A DNA stretch of 63,805 nucleotides, the filler included, from a bacterium (lineage in GTDB: Bacteria > UBP15 > UBA6099 > JAJRTR01), in NCBI GenBank assembly GCA_024278215.1. It is 5 parts of 4 records of this genome, joined end to end, with 100 filler letters (N's around TTAATTAATTAA, not from the genome) between each part and the next. Parts side by side here need not be neighbours in the genome. Positions count along the whole stretch, not along the records: positions 1 to 23,488 come from JAJRTR010000174.1; positions 23,589 to 44,391 come from JAJRTR010000174.1; 3 more parts are not named here. One strand, written 5' to 3'. The notes under the pieces were generated by a model, which was given only the letters and a program-made list of their open reading frames with translations, was not told where the DNA came from and did not search any database. Positions 18,576-26,283 of the stretch are shown here, one piece after another. A program made the translations under genes and the position numbers. How positions within the stretch are numbered: the first letter of the stretch is position 1; every line of letters begins with the position of its first letter.

Positions 18576-19628
18576 TCACGCGTTGAACTGGCGGCTGTGG
18601 GACGAAGTTGTGAAGTCTCTGTATTTGCGTGAATTCATGATGATCTTCGCCGCACCGCGAATGCACGACATCTGCCCCTTTTTCGATTTGACGCATTTGA
18701 GGCCCGTGATATGCTCGACAAGTCTGGAAAAACCTTCAACCTGCGCGTTGCCGCCCGAGAGGAAAAGCCCGCTCTTTTTTATATCTTCCGACAAATCAGG
18801 CGGCACTTTTTCGAGAACCGACTTCATAGTGTTTACAATCTGGTTCAGCGGCGCTTCCATCATTTCCCTGATCTCCCAGTTGGCCACAAAAACAGCCCTC
18901 GGCAATCCGTCGACAACACTTTTCCCGTATATCTCGCGCGACTCGTCCCTGTCCGACGGATATGCGCTTCCCATAGAAATCTTCAACTGCTCCGCCGTAT
19001 GCGATCCGATAAGTATCTGGTGGTTCTTCCTGACTCCGTTGATAATCGCCTCGGTGAGGTCTTCGCCGCCCACCGGGTTGCAATGGGTGAGCATAAGGTC
19101 GCCGCCGATAAAAACAGCCGCCTGCGTTGTGCCGCCGCCCAGATAGAAAGCAACCGTTCCTTTTCCGTCGCCTATCGGGAGATTCATACCTATAGCCGCC
19201 GCTATCGGAGCTTCCACCAGCATCACTTCCCTGCCGCCCACCTGCACCGCTATGTCCTCGAACGCTTTCTTTTCGACATCCGTCGCGCCCGACGGCACTA
19301 CCATCGCGATGCGTGCGCCGAGCAGTGCTTTCCTATTGAACACCTGGTCGAGAAACCGCTTCAGCATTTCTTCCGCCAGATCGAAATTTTCTATCACACC
19401 GTGTTCGAGCGGCTGATGCACCTCCACATGCGGCGGGCACCTTCCGTACATCTTGTATGCTTCCCTGCCTACAGCCTGCACTTCGCCTTCCCTGTACGAC
19501 ACAGCCACGAAAGACGGTTCGTTGAGCACCATTTCCTGCGTTTTCTCATATATTTTTGTCCTGGTGGTTCCCATGTCAACGGCAAGGTCCAGCGAGAACA
19601 GTGTTTTTAAGGATTTAAGGAAATTCAT
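18576..19628 (-). CDS. mreB: MreB/Mbl actin-like protein with divergent catalytic motifs
   Basis: DMGT, LNEPSFVA, PLEHGVIENF, VPSGATDVEKKA, AAAIG, GGGTT, TAEQLK and PPDLSEDI. Flanked by maf and mreC. Confidence 0.9.
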   Translation of the reverse strand: MNFLKSLKTLFSLDLAVDMGTTRTKIYEKTQEMVLNEPSFVAVSYREGEVQAVGREAYKMYGRCPPHVEVHQPLEHGVIENFDLAEEMLKRFLDQVFNRKALLGARIAMVVPSGATDVEKKAFEDIAVQVGGREVMLVEAPIAAAIGMNLPIGDGKGTVAFYLGGGTTQAAVFIGGDLMLTHCNPVGGEDLTEAIINGVRKNHQILIGSHTAEQLKISMGSAYPSDRDESREIYGKSVVDGLPRAVFVANWEIREMMEAPLNQIVNTMKSVLEKVPPDLSEDIKKSGLFLSGGNAQVEGFSRLVEHITGLKCVKSKKGQMSCIRGAAKIIMNSRKYRDFTTSSHSRQFNA

Positions 19629-20242
19629 TTCTTTTTCCAGAACTCCGCAATATTCATTGAATAAACTTCTTCGAGCGCCGCCGCAACCTGTGCAACCGGC
19701 AGACCGACTATGTTCGGATAGCAGCCTTCGACACGCCGCACAAATAGCGCCGCGCGTGATTGTATACCATAACCGCCCGCTTTGTCGAACGGTTCGCCGG
19801 TCGCTATGTATGCGTCTATCATTTCATTCGGGATGTCTTTGAATTCGACCTTTGTTGTCTCCACAAATTCGGTGCGCGGGCCACCGGGCACAGCAGCCAT
19901 AGCACATGCGGTGATTACTTCATGCACTCTTCCGCTGAGCAGTCTCAGCATACGCCTCGCGTCCTGCTCGTCCGCAGGTTTTCCGAATATCTCGCCGCCA
20001 AGGGCGACCACCGTGTCGGCACATAATATCACCGCGTCGGCTGCGGCATCGGCTGTTTTCAGCGCAGCGTCGAGTTTTATCGACGCCGCACAAGCGGCGA
20101 ATTCCACCGGAGCCAGTTCTTCAGGGTCAAGGTTCGACTCTTCTTCCTCACCGTCGAGTGATATAACATCGAAGCGGATTCCAACCTGTCGCAGCAAAGC
20201 CGCGCGTCTTGGGGAAGCGGACGCGAGTATAAGTTTTTTCAT
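19625..20242 (-). CDS. maf: Maf nucleoside-triphosphate pyrophosphatase
   Basis: LILASASPRR, ADTVV, GKP, DKAGGYGIQ and NIVGLP motifs. Confidence 0.95.
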   Translation of the reverse strand: MKKLILASASPRRAALLRQVGIRFDVISLDGEEEESNLDPEELAPVEFAACAASIKLDAALKTADAAADAVILCADTVVALGGEIFGKPADEQDARRMLRLLSGRVHEVITACAMAAVPGGPRTEFVETTKVEFKDIPNEMIDAYIATGEPFDKAGGYGIQSRAALFVRRVEGCYPNIVGLPVAQVAAALEEVYSMNIAEFWKKK

Positions 20243-21222
20243 TGTTTCAGTAATGTTCCGTTCAAAAGGATGTTCTGTGATAACTTTCTGAGCGTGGCCT
20301 CGTATCCATCGGAGTAGGCCGCTCCGTCGAGTGATTCGAACAGCATGGAGAACGGATTTTCCTTCTGGAGATACTCCACCTGCGGTGATTCCCCGAGCCC
20401 TGCCTTCTCCGCGGCAAACAACACGGCATCCTGCAGGCCGCCGATATGGTCCACAAGATTCGCCCCGAGCGCCTGCTCGCCGGTCATCACCCGTCCGTCA
20501 GCGATTTTCCTCAATTCGTCGATGTCCATTCCACGGCCCTTCGCGACATCCGCTATGAACTGTTCGTGAATATTGCCCAGCATATCGTCGAACATTTTAC
20601 GCTCTTCCGGCGTCAGGTTCCTGTATGGCGATCCCATGTCCTTGTGTTCTCCGCTCGTCATTACAACCGCGTTTATGCCGAGTTTCTCCATGAGGTCTCC
20701 CCACTGCATATAGCTCATTATCACACCGATACTGCCGGTTAGTGTCGCGGGATTGCTGTAAATCACGTTACATGCGGACGCGACGTAATATCCGCCTGAT
20801 GCCGTTACATCGCCGAACGAAGCTACTACCAGCTTTTTTTCCTTATTTCGTATCCGCATTATCTCGTTGTATATTTCCTGCGAACCGGCCGCGCTGCCGC
20901 CCGGACTGTTGATGCGTATGACCAGCGCCTTTATCTTCTTGTTGCGCGACGCCTTTCTCAGAATTCGCACAATTGTATCCGAGCCGCTCGAAGCATTGCT
21001 CATGAAACCGCCCGCGCCCGACTGGCCGCTGTGGATCACTCCCGTGATGTAAAGCATACCGATCCTGTCGCTACCTGTTGAAGATGAAGAGAAAACACTT
21101 CTCATCGAGGAATCCGACGTGTTTCGCCTGCCCATCACCACTACAAGCCCTACCAGAATCATGAACATGAAAAACACAACTGTCACTATACCGCAACCTA
21201 TCAATATGTTCTTATTCTTCAT
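20239..21222 (-). CDS. sppA: Signal peptide peptidase SppA (S49)
   Basis: RINSPGGS, ASGGYYVA, TLTGSIGVI, SGEHKD and ADGRVMTG. RBS GAGGAG before ATG 21222. Confidence 0.95.
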   Translation of the reverse strand: MKNKNILIGCGIVTVVFFMFMILVGLVVVMGRRNTSDSSMRSVFSSSSTGSDRIGMLYITGVIHSGQSGAGGFMSNASSGSDTIVRILRKASRNKKIKALVIRINSPGGSAAGSQEIYNEIMRIRNKEKKLVVASFGDVTASGGYYVASACNVIYSNPATLTGSIGVIMSYMQWGDLMEKLGINAVVMTSGEHKDMGSPYRNLTPEERKMFDDMLGNIHEQFIADVAKGRGMDIDELRKIADGRVMTGEQALGANLVDHIGGLQDAVLFAAEKAGLGESPQVEYLQKENPFSMLFESLDGAAYSDGYEATLRKLSQNILLNGTLLKQ

Positions 21223-21233
21223 AACGACTCCTC

Positions 21234-22250
21234 TCACGCGTCTCTGATTATCTTTATTTCAGTGCCGCATTTACCGCATTTCGTATTGTCGAGCCCGCCG
21301 ACCTCCGTTGAATATCCTGTTCTGCGAATCAGCGCGTTGCCGCATTCCGGGCATAATGTTTTGGAAAACTCCGGGTCACCGGTGTTGCCCAGATAAACAT
21401 AATTCAGGTGTTCCGACGCTGCCGCGTGCGCCTCGACAAGCGTCTTGACAGGTGTCGGCGCAATGTTTAACCGACAGGCCGGGAAGTACCTCGAAAGATG
21501 CAGCGGGATATCTTTTGATAATGACGCGATCCATTCGGCCTGCTCCGCTATCCCGCGTATATCATCGTTTAACGTGGGGATCACAAGCAGCGTGACCTCG
21601 ACATGCACACCAGCCGCTACAGATTCCTCGATTGTTCTTTTTACCGGCCCGAGGCGTCCGTTGCAATATTTCCTGTAGAAATTGTCTTCAAAAGCTTTCA
21701 GGTCGACATTCATGGCGTCGACCGAGGGAAGCAACTCGGAGAGCGGCGCTTCATTGACAAAACCGTTTGTAACAAGAACCACCTTCTGCCCGTTCTCCCT
21801 CACGAGCGGAGCCGTGTCGCGAATAAACTCGAACCATATAAACGGCTCGTTATATGTAAACGCTATGCCGATATTATTACCGCCGCAATTCTTAACTTCT
21901 TCCGCGAGTGCGTGCGGCGTCACCTCTCGCGTCGACGGATCGCCCTGCGAAAGCAAATCATTCTGGCAGAACGCGCATCTGAAATTACAGCCTTTCCCAC
22001 CTATCGAAAGGATGTCTTTTCCGGGATTGAAATGATAGAGCGGTTTCTTCTCGATGGGATCGACGGCAATGGAAACATAACGACCGTAATTTGTCGCAAT
22101 AAGCCTGCCTCCGATGTTTTTCCTCGACCTGCATATTCCGGTTTTGCCTTCCGCAATCCCGCATTCATGAGGGCAGAGTCCGCAAGCGATCTTCGCGCCG
22201 TCACGCACTGTATAATATGCCGCTTCAGGTTGCTCGACCGACATCCGCAT
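21234..22250 (-). CDS. amrS: AmmeMemoRadiSam-system radical SAM enzyme
   Basis: CGLCPHEC...GICRSR, VDPIEKKPLYHF, GCNFRCAFCQN, AFTYNEP and C-terminal CPECG / CGKCG. Confidence 0.92.
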   Translation of the reverse strand: MRMSVEQPEAAYYTVRDGAKIACGLCPHECGIAEGKTGICRSRKNIGGRLIATNYGRYVSIAVDPIEKKPLYHFNPGKDILSIGGKGCNFRCAFCQNDLLSQGDPSTREVTPHALAEEVKNCGGNNIGIAFTYNEPFIWFEFIRDTAPLVRENGQKVVLVTNGFVNEAPLSELLPSVDAMNVDLKAFEDNFYRKYCNGRLGPVKRTIEESVAAGVHVEVTLLVIPTLNDDIRGIAEQAEWIASLSKDIPLHLSRYFPACRLNIAPTPVKTLVEAHAAASEHLNYVYLGNTGDPEFSKTLCPECGNALIRRTGYSTEVGGLDNTKCGKCGTEIKIIRDA

Positions 22251-22600
22251 CAATCCTTTTCCTTCTGCGCCTCGCCGGTTTCAGCAATTGGCTTTTTAAC
22301 CAGTTTCCTTTTCGACTGCGTCGCATATATATCTTCTTTCCTTATCCCCAGCAGTTCTTCCCTGTCCGAATTCGATCTCGCCTTAAGCGTGTTCGATGAA
22401 ATTCTGGTTATATAAGCCTCGCTGTCTGTCAGAACGAGCGAAGTCCACTTGCCCTCGGATATGTCGTTGACTTTTTTTCCGTTAACCAGTTCGTTGAAAA
22501 ACTTTTTACCCTTTGTATCTTTTTTCAAAGAGGCGATTGAAAAAACGCCGATCACTTCATCGTGTTTAAGCATCACGTTGTTGCCTATATGCAGATACAA
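22250..22600 (-). CDS. remB: DUF370 / RemB-like small protein
   Basis: MYLHIGNN...IGVF...SLVLT...YITRISSNTLKAR matches the YaaB/RemB pattern. Confidence 0.8.
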   Translation of the reverse strand: MYLHIGNNVMLKHDEVIGVFSIASLKKDTKGKKFFNELVNGKKVNDISEGKWTSLVLTDSEAYITRISSNTLKARSNSDREELLGIRKEDIYATQSKRKLVKKPIAETGEAQKEKD

Positions 22601-22819
22601 GCCGTACCCCCATGAATTTTTTCACATTACATATCCGTCAAAATCGCCGTAACAGAATTCCCCTTCAAGGATGGAACGGGAAGAACCATTGAACCACGAT
22701 CCATTCAGGTTGCAAATCCCATAATCAACATATTATAGTTCCACAATACAGTTTTGTCCGATGCTTGGAATAATTGGCTCTGTTGCTGAAAACGCAAATA
22801 TTTCACGAAGCAACCGCAT

Positions 22820-23329
22820 TCAGGATTTCGTGATTTCTCTGAAAACAAAAAGCGCCCCCTGTTTCGCGCCGGATTCATCCTTGATTATTGCGCCTCTGCC
22901 CCACACGGGCCTCTTCCTGCCATCTGCCGCCAGCAGAACACTGTTGTCCTTGAAAATCACAATTGCGCCTTTATTTATTACACCCGCCGCAAGTTCGTCG
23001 TGCTGCTCGCCGGTCCCGGAATCGACTATGTTCAACACATCCTCCAACGACATCCCGGAAGTTGCCCGCTCGCTCTGTCCGGTGAGCACTTCAGCGACGG
23101 GATTCATCGAAACAACTCTGCCGTCCATGTCTGTCGTGACAATTCCAAGACCTACCCTTGAAAGGGCCGCTGTAATACGTTTTTCCTTTTCAGCACTTTC
23201 GACCGTTTCAACCCGGCCTGCCGCGCCGCCGCTTTTCAAGTTCTCTATCTCCTGTTCGAGAAGAAACACCCTGTCCGACAGCTCCTGATATGTTGGTTTT
23301 TCGAATCGCATTGCCAACCGCCTTTCCAA
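22820..23329 (-). CDS. Stand-alone PAS-domain protein
   Basis: KPTYQELSDRV coiled coil, then IVTTDMDGRVVSMNPVAEVLTG...FVFREIT, then a stop. Confidence 0.75.
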   Translation of the reverse strand: MERRLAMRFEKPTYQELSDRVFLLEQEIENLKSGGAAGRVETVESAEKEKRITAALSRVGLGIVTTDMDGRVVSMNPVAEVLTGQSERATSGMSLEDVLNIVDSGTGEQHDELAAGVINKGAIVIFKDNSVLLAADGRKRPVWGRGAIIKDESGAKQGALFVFREITKS

Positions 23330-23488
23330 ATGAATTTACTAAAGAACCGCTTGCAAGCAGTCCTGAGAATATACAAGAAGCCTGCTTCCCTGAAACATAC
23401 TTTGAAATGCACATGTCAGCCCGATTATGTATTCTACAACGAAAAGTTACATTAAGAAAGTGACAATACTTCACCAAATGCTGGTATA

Positions 23489-23588
23489 NNNNNNNNNNNN
23501 NNNNNNNNNNNNNNNNNNNNNNNNNNNNNNNNTTAATTAATTAANNNNNNNNNNNNNNNNNNNNNNNNNNNNNNNNNNNNNNNNNNNN
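23489..23588. other. Assembly spacer (N...TTAATTAATTAA...N)
   Basis: Identical 100-nt six-frame-stop linker found four times. Confidence 0.98.
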
Positions 23589-24404
23589 CTGCTGGGCAGC
23601 AAAAAAGAGAAATCTATCGAAAAACTCCGCGCTACCGCTTGCTCGATCTATTCCGACACCGTGGACGTCCTTCGCTCGACAAAACCCAGAGACCTTAAGG
23701 GCCTCGCGAAGGCTCTCGCTCAGGACCTGCTCATTCCATTCATTCCGCTCTACGGGCGCGACTATATTTTCAAAAAAGACGCTATAACTGAATACATCGA
23801 AGGCAATTACAAGGGCAAAGACCTCGAGGTGGGCCGCCTCATAAAGTCCATCTTCTTTCCGCGTTCAGCTCCCGACATCGGTGAAAAAATCTACGAAGCC
23901 ATACAGATCAAGCACGGCACGGACCCGTATATCACACTGGACAACGACCTTGAAAAACACCTCGCCGTGTCCGATATTGTCGTGTCCGCGGTCAGCTCGG
24001 ACCGCACTATAATGGAAGCCGAATGGTTCAAGCCCGGCGCCATTGTAAACGACGTGAGCCTGCCCACCAGCGTTTCCGACAAGATTTACAAAGAACGCCC
24101 CGACGTGATTGCGTTCGAGGGCGGCGTCGGACACCTGCCCGAATATATTGACCTCGGCATTCCCGGCCTGGTGCCTGGTGCCACTCTCGGTTGTGTCGCG
24201 GAAACCTTCATGTGTACGATGATGAACATTATAGAAAACTACAGTTTCGGCCCAATCACAAAGAAACAGGTTCTTAAAATATGGGAGATCGGCAATATGC
24301 TGGGATTCGGGCTGGGCGGCGTCAAATACATGACCGATAAAAAGCTCACACGCAAGATCGCAAAAGAAATCATCGGCAAAAGCTCAACAGCAGTATTGAA
24401 ATGA
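23589..24404 (+). CDS. C-terminal part of an acyl-ACP reductase / COG5322-like NAD(P)-dependent dehydrogenase (5' lost in gap)
   Basis: Open from the gap. DIVVSAVS, KPGAIVNDVSLP, RPDVIAFEGG, GCVAET, ENYSFG and LGF resemble the C-terminus of this family. Confidence 0.65.
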   Translation: MLGSKKEKSIEKLRATACSIYSDTVDVLRSTKPRDLKGLAKALAQDLLIPFIPLYGRDYIFKKDAITEYIEGNYKGKDLEVGRLIKSIFFPRSAPDIGEKIYEAIQIKHGTDPYITLDNDLEKHLAVSDIVVSAVSSDRTIMEAEWFKPGAIVNDVSLPTSVSDKIYKERPDVIAFEGGVGHLPEYIDLGIPGLVPGATLGCVAETFMCTMMNIIENYSFGPITKKQVLKIWEIGNMLGFGLGGVKYMTDKKLTRKIAKEIIGKSSTAVLK

Positions 24405-24495
24405 CTATCAGCAACAACACTACAAAAAATGCTATTCTGTATGAGCAATTTGAACGCTCGGTTTATGTTGGACGCGCGAGATGCCTTTGGTCAAT

Positions 24496-26139
24496 TTATT
24501 TCTGAGCGGCGTAATACTTTCCTTCGTCGATCAGTTTCGACACAGTTGGTTCCGTCGCTTTCGGAATATACTTGACCGAGGCGAGCGCGCATATCGCGAG
24601 GAACAGGAAGAACACTCCCTGAAGGAACATCCAGCGATAGCCCAGTGAAGGGTTACTGATTGTAAGGTCGATGATTGCTCCGGCCAGTATCAGGCTGATG
24701 AATTGTCCCAGTCCGGTTACACTCGAATAGAACCCCATATAAAGACCAAGCTTCTCGTCCGGCATAAGTGTCGGGAGAATGGTTGCTGTCAGAACAAAAC
24801 AAATCGTGAGTCCTATGGATGTAAATGAAATAATAATGAATGAAATAATCAGGACCTTGCTCGTTTCTTTCTCTATCTGTGCGTTGAGCAATGTGATTTT
24901 CTTCAAAGTGGCCGCAAATGCAGGGTGGTCTGCGCCCATGACGGCGATGACGGCGTTTCTGCAGGTATTGGCTTCGGCGCTTTCGTCTTTCATCGGGAGT
25001 TCGCCGCTAAGGCACCAGCGTAGCACCTCCGCCTTTTTGTCCGTCATCTGGTCACCATTCACGTCAAGCTCAGGACTGAAAGGTATCTTCTCGAACAGGG
25101 TAAGGTCTGTGCCGGACATATCAATATTATATAAACCTGCCAATGCAATAACTTCGCTGGGTTTTTCGAGATTATATCCGGAAGCCCTGGATGTGGGACC
25201 GATTACAAAGTAGCTGATAAGCAAACCAACCATAACGACGGCAAGGCCGAATATCGTCATGCCCTTTCTGCTGATTTTGTCTCCCAGTATCCCCACAGGT
25301 ACTGCCAGAAGGATAGAGACGATGACAACAACGCCCAGAACGATACTCGCGGGCTGACCCGGAACATTGACATAATAGATCATGAACTTTGTGAAGAAAC
25401 TTATGAACGCGCCGAGTGCCGCCCAGAAAAAGAAATTCATGAGGAGCAATCGGAAAAGGTCGGGATACTTTTTGTAGCGCCAGTCGTTGAAAACCTCCGC
25501 GACACTCATCATTATCGGTTTGATTTTGTTCAACTTTTCAGGAGGTTCGTCAGGCACATCTTCCTTGATGCTGAAATACGTGATCAGAGAGCCAACAAGT
25601 ATAACCGTGCTCAACACATAAAACGACATCGGTTTGCTTATTTCCATATAAACCATGCCGAACAGAACCAGATATGCCACCAGGGTTCCCAGACCACCAA
25701 ATATGCTGAAAAATGCGTTTGCCGTTCCAAGTTTTTCGTTTGGGACAACCTCGGGAACAAGAGAAAAATAGGGGACGGCGGCGAACTGGATGCCGAAGTA
25801 AGCTATTGTAAGTACGATAATAAGTCCTATCAGGGACTGCATGTGTGGAATAAGAAAAATCATGGGTACTGCGATAAGAGACCCGAAAAGCATGAGGGGG
25901 AGCCGCTTGCCTCTTTTCGTTCTTGTGTAGTCGGAATACACACCGAACAGTAAAGAAAATATAATCATTAATTTTCCTATGCCCTGGATCAATGTGCCGT
26001 TAAAATTCGAAAGTCCGAATTTTATTGTTAGAAAGTGCAATAAATAAGCTCCGTCGAAAGCCCAGAACGCAACCAGTCCGAAGTTAATTACGTTCAGAAG
26101 TATCATTGTTTTAATAGTGACATTTTTCTTCTGGTCCAT
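24496..26139 (-). CDS. MFS transporter (GPH/sucrose-maltose-like) with large loop insertion
   Basis: About 12 TM, FGVYSDYTRTKRGKRLP, VPYFSLVPEVVP and GILGDKISRK. Confidence 0.85.
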   Translation of the reverse strand: MDQKKNVTIKTMILLNVINFGLVAFWAFDGAYLLHFLTIKFGLSNFNGTLIQGIGKLMIIFSLLFGVYSDYTRTKRGKRLPLMLFGSLIAVPMIFLIPHMQSLIGLIIVLTIAYFGIQFAAVPYFSLVPEVVPNEKLGTANAFFSIFGGLGTLVAYLVLFGMVYMEISKPMSFYVLSTVILVGSLITYFSIKEDVPDEPPEKLNKIKPIMMSVAEVFNDWRYKKYPDLFRLLLMNFFFWAALGAFISFFTKFMIYYVNVPGQPASIVLGVVVIVSILLAVPVGILGDKISRKGMTIFGLAVVMVGLLISYFVIGPTSRASGYNLEKPSEVIALAGLYNIDMSGTDLTLFEKIPFSPELDVNGDQMTDKKAEVLRWCLSGELPMKDESAEANTCRNAVIAVMGADHPAFAATLKKITLLNAQIEKETSKVLIISFIIISFTSIGLTICFVLTATILPTLMPDEKLGLYMGFYSSVTGLGQFISLILAGAIIDLTISNPSLGYRWMFLQGVFFLFLAICALASVKYIPKATEPTVSKLIDEGKYYAAQK

Positions 26140-26283
26140 CAGGGGTGTCTCCTAAAATTGTTTTCTCTATCAGGTATCGGCATTTATATGCAGAGATAAA
26201 GAATATCACGGTCGGGCTAGTTAGTCCAATTCAAATCGTATATTCCTGATTGCCGACATTTTTTCAGGATACTTTTCAAACAA

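Noticed and set aside
23489-23588. Recurrent TTAATTAATTAA palindrome (four copies)
   Set aside because: It is an artificial six-frame-stop linker embedded in N runs.
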